Below the pieces are notes generated by a model, which saw only the letters and a program-made list of their open reading frames with translations, had not been told where the DNA came from and did not search any database. Shown piece after piece: positions 40,056-51,835 of a DNA stretch of 64,000 bases (positions are counted from its first letter, which is position 1; every line of letters begins with the position of its first letter). Made by a program: the position numbers and the translations under genes. This stretch comes from Felis catus. Its lineage: Eukaryota. The DNA lies in contig NC_058368.1 in the NCBI RefSeq assembly GCF_018350175.1, positions 208,570,001 through 208,634,000 of the forward strand. Direction: 5' to 3'.

Positions 40056-40545
40056 GAATATTACTTAACCATAAAAAGAATGAGATCTGGCCATCTGCCA
40101 TCCATTTGCATGGATGGACCTAGAGGATATTATGCTAAGTGAGATAAGTCAGATGGAGAAAGACAAATGCCATAGGATTTCACTTGTATGTGGAATCTAA
40201 AAAACAAAACAAATGAACAAACAGAAACAGACTCATAAAAACAGAGAACAAACTGATAGTTAACCAGAAGTGATGGGGGAGGGGGAGGATGGGCAAAATG
40301 GGTGAAGGGTAGTGAAGTACCGCGTTCCAATTATGGAATGAAGAAGTCCTGGGGGTGAAAGGTACTGCATAGGGAATATAGTCAATGTATTTTAGTAGTG
40401 TTGCGTGGTGAAAGATGGTAGCTATACCTGGAGTGTACAGCAGAATGTACATAGTTGTTGAATCACTATGGTATACATCTCAACTAATGTAACATTGTGT
40501 CAACTAGATTTTAATAAAAAATAAATAAAATTAAAAAAAATAAAA
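39125..40545 (+). mobile_element. 5'-truncated carnivore L1 nested in the older L1
   Basis: ORF2 C-terminal peptide 39597-39848 ([10 protein letters not shown]...), a distinct 3' UTR and an A-rich tail at about 40512-40545. Confidence 0.9.
40006..40053. repeat. (CA)n microsatellite inside L1
   Basis: Perfect CA run. Confidence 0.97.
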
Positions 40546-42539
40546 AGCTGAACTCAAAAGAAAAAATGAAGAAAATATGTTAAATATACAGGGGAATATG
40601 AAAGTAAATAAGAGACAGGAAGAAATTAAGCCACATGATTTATAAATATATTATAATAATGTAAATATTATAAATAGTATTTGAAATACAAAGATTTACT
40701 TCCAAACGTGAAAAAATCTACTGTATTTCTGTATCCTAACAAAAAAATTAGAAAATGAAATTCATAAAATACCATTTGTAATAGCATTAAGCACCTAAAA
40801 ATCAATGTTTTAATATATGCATAAGTCCTCTATACTTATAAACCACAAAACACTGCTGAGAGAAATTCTAAATAAATGGAGCGATATGCCATGCTTAAGG
40901 AATGAAGGACTCATTATTGTTAAGATATTTATCCTCAAAAAAAGAGGTATCAATTCTCCCCAAATTAATTTATAGTATACAAAGTATATATAGTATATAT
41001 AAAACAGTTTCAATCAAAATCTTAGAAGTTTCTTTTCAGATTTTAAGACATTATAAAATTGAATTAATTAAGATGTTGGCCTGAGGAAAATCTTCTATTC
41101 ATAAAAGAAACCATTAAAGAAGTGAAAAAGGCAAGCCACTGACTATGAGAACATCTTCACAATGTATGTATACATAAAGATTGATTTCTAGAATACACAA
41201 GGAAGTTATACAAATCAATAATTTAAAAAAATAAGCCAATTAAAAACAAGGGAGAGAGTTAAACAGAAATCTTCCAACGAAAGGTACAGAATAGCCAATA
41301 AGCACATGAAAAGGTGTTTGACATCATAGATTACCAGGGAAATATAAATTAAAGCCATAATGAGATATCACTATCTGGTTAAAATTCGAGTGACCATATC
41401 AAGTGTTGGTGAACATGTGAAGCAACTAGAATTCTCATACATTGCCTGTGGGGGTGTAAAAACACCATCACTTTGGAAAATAATTTAGCAGGTTTTTATA
41501 AATTCAACATACCCTAACTTATGACATAATTCCACTCCTAGGAATATACTTAAGAGAAATGGAAGCATATGCCCACAAAATTACTTGTACACAAAAGTTC
41601 ACAGAAGTTTTATTCCTAACTGCCAAAAACTGTCAACAAACCAGATGTCCACCAAAAAGAGTAGGTCAACTGTGGTATATTCATACAATGGATTTCTAGT
41701 CAACAATGAAAAAACAAACAAAACTAAACCTAAAGATACATGCAACAATGCAGATGAATGCACTGAGTAACAGAAGCTAGAGGCAAAAGATTACATGCCA
41801 TCTGATTCCCTTTATATGAAAACCAACTACAGACAAGATTCATATATGGTGACAGAAATCAGAATAGGGTTTGCCTCTGGGGCAACAGAGGAATGGACTA
41901 GAAAGTGGCACCAAACACCTTTCGGGATAATGAAAATTAATGGTTACACAGGAGTACATACATCCATCAGAACTCATTGAACTATACACTTAGATCTGGG
42001 CATTTTGCTGTGTGTAAATTATTTCCTCAATAAAGGAAAGAGGGAAAAGAAAAGAATCCTGAGAGCAAAACCACTTAACCATATGAAAGAAGACACAGAT
42101 ATACTCAAATGTAAGTTCCATTCTGTATGCAGAATACTGAATTTATTATAAAAACACAACTTCACAATGCAAGGGAAAAGTACAAAGAAAGTAATATGAA
42201 ATTAAGCAAACTGCAAAGTTTTACTTTAAAAAACAGATGCACATAGAACAGATACATTTTTACAAGCCTGAGAGATTCCTCCTTTAGTAATCTGTCTACA
42301 GTCAGGGCCAGCCCCAGAAAAGTTTGTTAACATTTTTATATCGTGAAATATAGTTTCAGTGATTAGCCTCAAAGATACTGAGCGGCAGCTGGTGGAAACA
42401 TCTGGGCTCTGGAGCCAGGTAAACCTAAATTCAAAGCCTGTCTGTGCCCAAATTGCTCTGTGACTTGGGCCAGAATCTCTACCTCTCTGCCCCTCAATTT
42501 CTTCATCGGTAAATGGAGAAAGGATTGTCCTGAACTTTA

Positions 42540-43031
42540 TTTTTTTAGACATTACAATTTTTCTTTAATTTTTTAAAAATGTCTATTTATTTTTGAGAGA
42601 CAGAGAGAGACAGAGTGTGAGCGGGGGAGGGGCAGAGAGAGAGAGAGAAAGACACAGAATCTGAAGAGGCTCCAGGCTCTGAGCCTTCAGCACAGAGTCT
42701 GACATGAGGCTCTGACTCACATGCTGTGAGATCATGACCTGACCCGAAGTTGGACGCTCAACCGACTGAGCCACCCAGGCGCCCCAGATTACAATTTTTT
42801 TAATTTTTAATGTTTATTTATTTTTGAGAGAGAGAGAGAGAGTGAGAGGGAGAGAGAGCAAGAGAGCACAGGTGGGGGAGGGGCAGAGAGAGGAAGACAC
42901 AGAATCTGAAGCAGGCTCCAGGCTCTGAGCTGTCAGCACAGACCCCGATGCAGGGCTCGAATGCACAAGCCATGGGATCATGACTTGAGCCGAAATTGGA
43001 TGTTCAACCAACTGAGCTGCCCAGGCACCCC
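42540..43031 (-). mobile_element. CanSINE (outer; body 42800-43031)
   Basis: TSD aggattgtcctgaacttta (42521-42539) / aggattgttctgaacttta (43032-43050). Confidence 0.93.
42563..42785 (-). mobile_element. CanSINE (inner, inserted in the tail of the outer SINE)
   Basis: TSD attacaattttt (42551-42562 / 42788-42799). Confidence 0.93.
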
Positions 43032-44135
43032 AGGATTGTTCTGAACTTTAAAGAAGATAACATATGGGAAGCACTTAGTCCCTGACAGATAGGCAGCTCT
43101 CACAACTAGTGGCTGTAATTATTACTGATGGGGAGGAGAGAGCCCAAGGAAAGGTGGAGGAAATAGGTGGGAGCCCAAGTTTTCAAAAGGGAGGTGTTCC
43201 TTTTGCTGAGCAACCAACTCCTGGGTCACCTTTGCTGAATGTCTGGACCTTAGAGGGTATTTTTTACATTAATGGAACCACTGTATCCTCCCTCATTTTA
43301 CAGCCCCAGAGGTCTGATTCTGGGTTGGCCCCTCAGCACCCACAAAATGACTAAATGCACAAACAACGGGACTCAGAATGGCTACCTGGGTTTTCCATAA
43401 CGTGGACGCCGTTCAATACATAGTTTTCAGGGATAATAGAAACTGCCACCGGCTGACTTCAAATCCCATTCTTTCAGAAAAATGTAATTATAGGAATAGT
43501 AGAATGACTTTCAGGTCACTTTTCTAAACATGAGTTTAGTACCTCAGGGATTTCCCCATATCAAGATCCTACCTGAAGAGTCTACGTACCCTGTCCCCGG
43601 GGAAACAGGCACGTCTGCTTCCTTATGTTTGCCTATAGAAGTTGAAGATAATCCCAGTAGAGATTATGTATAATCTGGGCCCAAAATAGGATTTCTGTGG
43701 TTTCGCACTGTTGTCATCGCATCACATCAGAGAATCTCAGAAGTGCGAGGGATCTCTTTAGAGATCACACCATCTCCTTCACAGCCCCACTACTAAGAAT
43801 CGTGGTTAGTTCTATCATTTCCATTGTCTTGAACTTCATTACGCTGAAAGTCTCCTTAATTCATGGATAGAGAGCTCAGATTGCACAGTTCTTTCTTCTG
43901 ATGAATTAAAAATCTCCCTGTCACATATTCTCTCAGGATTTCTTACCCACCTGTGGAAGAAAACCGGGATTGATGCACTTCCCCGTCACAAGGCAGGTCT
44001 TCCCCTACTTTTGGAGTAGCCAGCAATTTCCCTGACCACACCATCCAAACCAAGATGTTCCTTATTGTTATCTACTTATGCCCGTGCTCAAAGCGCATAT
44101 CACAATTTGCTATCGTTTTTTGTATGTCTTTTTTA

Positions 44136-44332
44136 AAGTTTATTTATTTTGAGAGAGAGAGAGAGAGAGAAAGAGTGTGTGTGTGTGGAGGGGGAGGGGC
44201 ATTGAGAGAAGGAGAGAGAGAATCCCAACCTACAGAACCCGACTTGGGGCTTGATCTCATGAACCGTGATATCATGACCTGAGATGAGATCAAGAGTCAG
44301 GCGATTAACCAACTAAGCCACCCAGGTGCCCC
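44136..44332 (-). mobile_element. CanSINE with a small internal deletion
   Basis: Antisense SINE. TSD core gtatgtct (44122-44129 / 44333-44340). Confidence 0.92.
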
Positions 44333-45319
44333 GTATGTCTCTTTTATAAGAGAAGGTTAGCTCTCAGAAGGGCCACACTGAGCTGTCTTAGTTATGGCTG
44401 TACCGCCAACGCACGACTGAACCTGCCACATCATGGGTACTCAATAGACACTGGATACATGTGAGGACATGTCTTTAGATATTTTTAAATAGCTCATATT
44501 CTCTCCTTAGTTGTCTATGACCAGACCATATATCTTTATTCCTTCTGAGAGTTTTCAAATTGCAAACCCCAGAGAGCAAGCAGGCAACAAATCTCTGTAA
44601 AGGGGGCCGGTACAAAGAAATGGGAAATGGTGAGGTGGTGGAACTGGCCAGAGTGTGTGCTTTGCCCGAAGGCACTCAATTTCAAGAAATTTTTAACCAC
44701 TAGGATTACTGAGTGTAACATGTCTGTGGCTGGATTGGGCCTGCAGGTCACCATTTTACAAGCCCTCTTTCAACACTTCTTTCTTGAACACAGTTTCCAG
44801 ATCCCTCATCTCCCTCCCCTGGAAATATTCCAGTATTTCAGTATTCCTCTTAAAGTTTGCTTAATTGACTAGGAAGTCACAGCACACAGCGCGCAGGGTA
44901 CATAGCACTATTACTTACCTTCTGTGGTCAGGAGAGTAAATGACTCTCTGAGCAGTCCAGAAGGCCTGAGGTCTCTCAGCAGATGTCCCACATTGTTGTT
45001 GGCTCCAATTGAGTTTGTAGTCAATTCATCTTTTTTTACCATGAGCTGCTGACAAGCCACTTAATGATGATAATATTTATGAAACAGCCTAAACAAGGAT
45101 CTCTGGCCATGGAAGAATTCAGACCATACACTTCTTGATGATGTTTTCTTTCCACACAAATCTTGATAAGAAGAACAGGATTCCCTAACTGCTCTGATCT
45201 CCCACAGACAGATGAGGCCCAAGTAACCAATCTAACCACGAAGGGAATCGTCCGGTCAGTTGCTCTTCCTGACTCAGGTAATGAAACTAGACCAATAGAC
45301 CTGGCTGCATCCCAGAATC

Positions 45320-45432
45320 ATCTCTGGCATCCTCCCTGGAGATTCTAAGTCTGGAGCACAAGGAATCTGTATTATCAACAAGTTCCCTAGATAATGTGGC
45401 ACATCCAGGAGCCCAGATTTGGGGACCACTGT
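45320..45432. mobile_element. MER5-like hAT MITE remnant
   Basis: aggaatctgtattatcaacaagttccctagataa...tttggggaccactg. Confidence 0.55.
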
Positions 45433-45552
45433 CTAGATTAACAGTATCAGCATCACTTGAAAATTCTCAAAATTCTGGAAGTGAGGCCCTGTAAGTGACA
45501 GATGCATCCTAAAAATTAAGAGCCACTGATCTAGATCAGGGTTGATGAACTT

Positions 45553-45766
45553 AAAAAAAATTTTTTTTTTAATATTCGTTGATTTTTGAGAGAGAGAGCG
45601 TGAGAGGGGGAGGGGCAGAGAGGGAGGGAGACACGGAATCTGAAGCAGGCTCCAGGCTCCGCACAGCTCAACACAGAGCCTGACACGGGGCTCAAACTCA
45701 CAAACCGGGAGATCATGACCTGAGCAGAAGTCCCACGTTTAACCGACTATGCCACCCACAAGCCCC
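45553..45766 (-). mobile_element. CanSINE
   Basis: Antisense SINE body ending gccacccacaagcccc. TSD unclear. Confidence 0.92.
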
Positions 45767-45880
45767 AACAAAGTTTTTAATGAAAGAGCCAGAGAGCAAA
45801 TATTTTAGGCTTTTGGGGGCAAGAGGCAAAATTGAAGGTATTATATTGGTACTTATATAACTGTTTAAAATGTAGCCATT

Positions 45881-46302
45881 TGTTATAGGTTAAATTGTGT
45901 CCCACCCTCCCCCTCTCCAGAGAAGATATGTTGATTTCTTAATTTCTAGTACCTCAAAATGTGTCTTTGTTTGGAAAAATGGTCTTTGAGAAATAATCAA
46001 GTTCAGATGATTATCATTAGGACAGGCCCTAATCCAATGTGGCTAGTGTCCTTATAAAAAGGGGAAATTTGGACATAGAGAGAAATACAGGAGAATGTCA
46101 TCTACAAGCCAAGGAATGCCTGAGGCTACCATAAGCTAGGAGTGAGGCAGAGAACATGTCCTCCCTCACAGCCCTGAGGAGGAACCAACCCTGCTGGTAC
46201 CTTGGCTTTGGACTTAGCCTCCACAAATGTGAGACAATAAATCTAAGCTTAAGTCACTCAGTTTGTGGTACTTTATTATGGCAGCCTGAGAAAACTAATA
46301 CA
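45881..46302 (+). mobile_element. MLT1B-like MaLR solo LTR
   Basis: TG...CA termini (tgttataggttaaattgtgtccc ... aaaactaataca) with an internal aataaa. Confidence 0.85.
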
Positions 46303-46791
46303 TTATTTAAAAGGTAAAAACAATTCTTAGCACAAGGGTCAAATACAAACAAGCAGGCAGATATGGCCCATGGACCATATCTAGACTACGCCCAACCATA
46401 CTTGGCTCCCCAAGTTCCAAGCAATCAACCCATTGTTCTTAATCTCATAATCTCTAAGACCCAGTCTTAGCTCCCCAAGTCCAACTCAAATATTATCTCT
46501 TTGGAGATGTTTTCCCTAACCTCTCTGTAATGTTGACTGTGTACTTCAAGGGTCTTGCCCGTCTTGCTCCCTGCTATATCCTTAGAAACTGACACATAGC
46601 AACTTTCAATAAATATTCAATGAATGAGTGAATTTAAGACAGATAATCAGAAGCTCTTTCAGCTGGCAGAGACTGTAAATTTCATTAATCACATTCCTTT
46701 ATTTTTCAGAGAGGCAACTTAAACCTATGGGATATCACTGATTGCCTAAAGTGACATGGCAGAAAACCCAGGATTAAAATCTACTTGTCTA

Positions 46792-47596
46792 ATCCGGATG
46801 GCCAACAGGCACATGAAAAGATGCTCAACGTTGCTCCTCATCAGGGAAATACAAATCAAAACCACACTCAGATATCACCTCACACCAGTCAGAGTGGCCA
46901 AAATGAACAAATCAGGAGACTATAGATGCGGGAGAGGATGTGGAGAAACGGGAACCCTCTTGCACTGTTGGTGGGAATGCAAACTGGTGCAGCCGCTCTG
47001 GAAAACAGTGCGGGGGTTCCTCAAAAAATTAAAAATAGACCTACCCTATGACCCAGCAGTAGCACTGCTAGGAATTTACCCAAGGGATACAGGAGTACTG
47101 ATGCATAGGGGCACTTGTACCCCAATGTTTATAGCAGCACTCTCAACAATAGCAAAATTATGGAAAGAGCCTAAATGTCCATCAACTGATGAATGGATAA
47201 AGAAATCGTGGTTTATATACACAATGGAGTACTACGTGGCAATGAGAAAGAATGAAATATGGCCCTTTGTAGCAACGTGGATGGAACTGGAGAGTGTGAT
47301 GCTAAGTGAAATAAGCCATACAGAGAAAGACAGATACCATATGCTTCCACTCTTATGTGGATCCTGAGAAACTTAACAGGAACCCATGGGGGAGGGGAAG
47401 GAAAAAAAAAAAGAGGTTAGAGTGGGAGAGAGCCAAAGCATAAGAGACTCTTAAAAACTGAGAACAAACTGAGGGTTGATGGGGGGTGGGAGAGAGTGGA
47501 GGGTGGGTGATGAGTATTGAGGAGGGCACCTTTTGGGATGAGCACTGGGTGTTGTATGGAAACCAATTTGACAATAAATTTCATATATTGAAAACA
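46792..47596 (+). mobile_element. Young 5'-truncated felid L1 (L1_Fc-like) inserted in a MIR
   Basis: Perfect 16-bp TSD aaaatctacttgtcta (46776-46791 / 47597-47612) and a G-rich 3' UTR. Confidence 0.96.
46798..47367 (+). pseudogene. L1 ORF2p C-terminal (cysteine-rich) fragment, uninterrupted
   Basis: [10 protein letters not shown]...[14 protein letters not shown]...KWEPKCPS-type motifs through the natural stop, with no internal stop over 189 codons. Confidence 0.93.
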
Positions 47597-48161
47597 AAAA
47601 TCTACTTGTCTAGACTTCCAAACCCACAGTCTTTTTATTGCACCTCACCACCTCTTAAGCATACCTAAGCCTGTCCTGAAACACCGCACTCAAGACACAA
47701 CACATTATCCACATTGTTACATGAGAGGTTCTCAACTAAGAAGGGATGTTGGGAACTTAGGTATGATTAACACCTGCCTATAAAGCAGAAGGCCACAGGC
47801 AGGTTGAGCAGGAGGTACACCAGAACATTTACTGAAGAAAACTCTGTGGTAGACATTTACCAGGGCTACCTAGCTCCCATCTCCCTTTATAACCACACCT
47901 CTGTTTCATTTTGGGAAATCAGCTCTTTACCAGTGTGTAGCCATGACAGGAGGTCATTCTTAGAGGTGCCTTCTAACTACATAGAAAAAGACCAATCCAT
48001 ACAATACCTGCCCACAGATACAGTCAGAGGCTTGTACATGGCCTAAAGTCACTCAATGGGACACTGTCTCCCAGATTTTGTAACTCCCCGGTGATATAGG
48101 ACTCAGTATATTAGTTATATATATCATCGCTGTGTAGCAAATAATCAAAACTTAGCATCTT

Positions 48162-48384
48162 TTTAGAAATTTTCTTCATGTTTATTCATTTCTGAGAGAC
48201 AGACAGAGATAGAGTGCAAACAGGGGTGGGGCAAAGAGAGAGAGAGAGAGACAGAATCCCAAGCAGGCTCTAGGCCTCGAGCTGCCAGCACAGAGCCCGA
48301 TGCAGGGCCTAAACCCACAAACCATGAGATCATGACCTGAGCCAAAGTTGGACACTTAACTGACTGAGCCACCCAGGCGCCCCC
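48162..48384 (-). mobile_element. CanSINE
   Basis: TSD aaacttagcatctt (48148-48161 / 48387-48400). Confidence 0.95.
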
Positions 48385-48480
48385 ACAAACTTAGCATCTT
48401 AAATCAACATGTGTTTATTTGTTCATAGTTCTGTAGGTTAGAATTCGGGGGTGTCGTGGTTGTGTTCTTTGCTCACAGTC

Positions 48481-48720
48481 TGTGATGGCTAATTTTATGT
48501 GTCAACTTGACTGGGTTAAGGGATGTTCACATAGATGGTAAAATATTATTCCTGGGTATATCTATGAGGATGTTTCTGGAAAAGATCAGCATCTGAATCG
48601 ATGATGGCCCTCACCAACGCGGGAAGGCATCATCCAACTGTGGGCCTGAATAGAACAGAAAGGTGGAGGAAGGGCAAATCTGCTCTCTGCTTAAGCTGGG
48701 ACATCTATCTTCTCCTGTGT

Positions 48721-48751
<31 letters not shown>

Positions 48752-48779
48752 TCATATATGTCCTATGTATATGTGTTTC

Positions 48780-48832
<53 letters not shown>

Positions 48833-48870
48833 ATCTCCTATTGGTTGTTTCTCTGGAGAACCCTAATACA
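48481..48870 (+). mobile_element. MLT2 (ERVL) solo LTR containing (CA)n and (TA)n
   Basis: tgtgatggctaattttatgtgtcaacttgactggg ... ctctggagaaccctaataca. (CA)n 48721-48747 and (TA)n 48786-48830. Confidence 0.88.
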
Positions 48871-49763
48871 AGATCTCACAAGATGTTGGCTGGCTGTGTT
48901 CCCATCTGACACACCTCTTCCAAGCTCATTCCTGTTATTAGAATTCAGTTCCGTGCAGCTGTAGGACTGAGGTCTTTGTTTCCTTCTTAGCTGTTGGCCA
49001 GGGGTCACTTATAGCTCCTTGCAGTCATTTTGTGGTCCTGGCAAATGGACCATCTTGAAGATGGGGGGCCATCTTCAAAGCCAGCAATGGCACATAACAT
49101 CATTCTGATGCTCTGAATCTCTCGGACTTCCCTTTCTGCCTTCCTCTTCTCCTTTAAAGACCTCTATGATTAGATCAGACCCATCCTGATAATCTCCACA
49201 TGTTAAGGTCAACTGATTTAGACCTCAAACCTAGGAAAATCCTTCCACATCAGTACCTAGATCAGTGTTCTACTAAATAACAAGGGAACATGAACCTTGG
49301 GACCTCTATAGAATTCTGCCTACCTAGAGGTCATCTTCATTGCACAGGCAACAGTAGTTGTAATGTCCCAGCCACTTGGTTCCTGCTAGGAGACAGAGAC
49401 AGCTGTTCTGTTTCCTACTTCCTATTTCTTGGGCCTTTGGTGTTTCCTTGGTTCTTTTCATTCCCATGCTCCCAGCCTCTCATCAAATCTGATAACTCCT
49501 AATATAAATGAATAAATCTCTATTTACCCGATATTAGCCAAAGACTTCTGTTGTAGTCAAGAAACCTGCCTCAAGCTCCAGAAGATGTCCAGCAATCCAC
49601 CACAAAACAAGGATTCTTCTGGAAGGGGGAGTGTGGTAGGATAGGGAAAGATCCACGGACAGCTCTGTCAAACCACATATCACCATCCTCATAAATCTGA
49701 CATGCTGCTTTAAAACATTAGAGTTGTGCTAAACCATAGGAAACCATGTTTGCTTGTTTGTTT

Positions 49764-49836
49764 AAATATGGAATGCTTCATGAATTTGTGTGTCATTTAG
49801 AGCAAGGATCATGCCTTATTCTGTATTATTTCATTT
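49764..49836 (-). pseudogene. RNU6-like: U6 snRNA retrocopy (5'-truncated)
   Basis: 49764-49796 matches the reverse complement of the U6 3' end at 30/33 positions, all three differences being CpG>TpG. The match continues degenerately to 49836, with a decayed A tail at 49749-49763. Confidence 0.9.
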
Positions 49837-51024
49837 AAACAAAAGTAGTCAGTGGTCTATATGGTAAAAACTAATTAACTTGGTCAAACTGAACAAAGAT
49901 GTTTTAATTTTTTTTTAAAGAAGGGACTAGACAGAAGCTGAAATTAAACAATCTGACACTAGTTGGAAAGTGAAAAAAATCTGTCAAAAAATCTTTTGAC
50001 CTCATATGGTTGTTATTACTAATTTAAATTCATGTTTTCCTAAACCAAATAAATTCTTCCCATAGACTCAGCCAGATAACACATGCCTCGAGGTTCAGGT
50101 TTTATACCCGAGCTTGTGTGCAAGGTCACCTTTCAATACAAAAGCTAACATGGGCAGGATTTCTAGGGCAGTTTCGATGAAAGCCTTCATGTATCAACAT
50201 AGCCCTTTCCAGTCCAAAGTTTTCTCCCAGGGATTTCTTTGTTCCATGGGGTGAAAAGACTTGGTCAATCCATTTGAATCTGGTCACAAGAGCTCAACCT
50301 GTTACCTTTCAACCTAGATTTTTCTGATCATAGTCCAATTCAAAAAGTATAACTGCCCCAGACTAGACAGGGTGATTGGCCTAGGTAAGAGTGGCTAAGC
50401 AGTCCAGACTGCACAGAAAAGGGAAGACCAAAGCCACCCCCTCTCACCCTGAACTTTGATTTTGTTTATAGATGGCAACATTTATGTGGAAAAATGTGTT
50501 TGCGCCAGCCTCCTTGAGCAGCGCTGGGGCAGCTCTTTCCTCCTTTGTTGAACTGAGCTTGGAAAAAGCACCTCGGAGTGAGGAATGGCTGGCACTGGGC
50601 AGAACACGCTGTATATTTCCACAGTCTACTCCAACATAAACAGACCAGGCTTATTAGTTCATGAGAAGCCAGGAACTCCGCTGCTCAGGAGGACAAGGGC
50701 CACATCCAGGGAAATCAGGAAACAGATCAAGCTCACGCTTTGTGCCCATCTTCCTCCATTCCCTTGCCGTACATATCCAGGGCTCTTCCTTCCCTCTGCA
50801 TAGCTTTGGTACCCTACAATGTGGCGTTTAGCCATTAGCTCCAGGATGTGGTGTTCTGTGCCTTTCAGGCATCCTTGGTTTTTAGGAGCAGGCAGGGGAA
50901 GTGAAGGAGACATTTCCTACTCTGAGCTCTTGATTAGTGTATGTAAAGAGCATTTGAGCAGCACAGAGATATAGCATTCAGACTATGGAGACTGATGGCC
51001 CAGATTTGGATCCATTTACATCAC

Positions 51025-51393
51025 TGTATTTGTCAGGGGAAGTGCTATAATTAACAACATAAACCCCAAGTCTCAAGGACTCATAAACAAAAAACAGGTT
51101 TACTACTCACTCAGGTCACTCTACAATGTGCTTTCGGCCAAGAGGCTCTGTTTTCTGCAGGGACCCAGGCTCATTGCATCCATGACATCCTCCAGGGCCC
51201 TGGAGTTAGCAAGTCAGGGAAGAGTGATCATGGTGTGGAGATGTGTCTTACTCTCACCCACTAGCCATGGACAAGCACTTAGTTACACAGTCTTACCCAC
51301 CTACCTGCAAGGGAAGCTGGGAAATGTAGTGTAGCTGTGTGCCCAGAGGGAAATGGAAAATGGTTTGGTGAACAACTACCCAGTCTCTGCCAT
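51025..51393 (-). mobile_element. MLT1 LTR remnant
   Basis: tgtatttgtcaggg...aaccccaagtctc...gcaagggaagctgggaaatgtagt...gtctctgccata. Confidence 0.75.
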
Positions 51394-51454
51394 AGTTGCT
51401 TACTTAAGAAAGTTTCTGTGTTATATGTTTTAGCTTCTTTCCCTGTCAATTGGG

Positions 51455-51835
51455 TGTATTAGGATCCTCCAGAGAAACAAAATGTGTGTGTGTGTATGTG
51501 AGTGTGTGGGGGTGGGGGAAGTGGAGGAGATGCATACAGAGACAGAGACAGAGACAGAGACAGAGGGAAAACTGAAAATCTGCAAGGTAGATTTGTAGGC
51601 AAGAGTTCTCCTAGGCTTGAGTTTGAGTCTGAAGGCAGTCTGGAGGCAAAATTCTTCTTTCAACTGATTGGATGAGGCCCATCACATGATGGAGGTATTC
51701 TGTTTCACTCAAAGTCTACTGATTTAAATTTAACCTCATCCAAAAAATACCTTCAAAGCAATATCTAGACTAGTGTGTGACCAAATATATGGGCACCGTG
51801 GCTCGGCAAGTTAATACGTAAAATTAACCATTATG
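51455..51835 (-). mobile_element. MLT2 solo LTR
   Basis: tgtattaggatcctccagagaaaca ... aaaattaaccat. TSD-like ttggg/atggg and an internal (GAGACA)n. Confidence 0.85.

Larger units (their letters stand above)
37100..42035 (+). mobile_element. Old L1 (L1M-type), internally deleted, hosting a SINE and a younger L1
   Basis: ORF2-like text at 38700-39124 resumes at 40712. The 3' end reads ...gtaaattatttcctcaataaag. The 5' boundary is uncertain. Confidence 0.75.
42380..43120 (+). mobile_element. MIR split by two nested SINEs
   Basis: gggctctggagccagg...tgtgacttgggc...cctcaatttcttcatcggtaaatgg continues after 43032. Confidence 0.75.
45537..46385 (+). mobile_element. MER58-like hAT-Charlie MITE, interrupted by a SINE and an MLT1 LTR
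   Basis: aaagagccagagagcaaatattttaggcttt on the left of the LTR and gtaaaaacaattcttagc...gatatggccc on the right. Confidence 0.7.
48107..49326 (-). mobile_element. MLT1 (E-like) LTR, interrupted by a SINE and MLT2
   Basis: gctgtgtagcaaa...aaacttagcatcttaaa; agaattcagttccgtgcagctgtaggactgagg; tagaattctgcctacc. Confidence 0.75.
47845..49570 (+). mobile_element. Old MLT1-like LTR hosting nested LTRs
   Basis: tgtggtagac start and an ataaat...ttctgttgtagtcaag end bracket the nested block. Confidence 0.4.
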
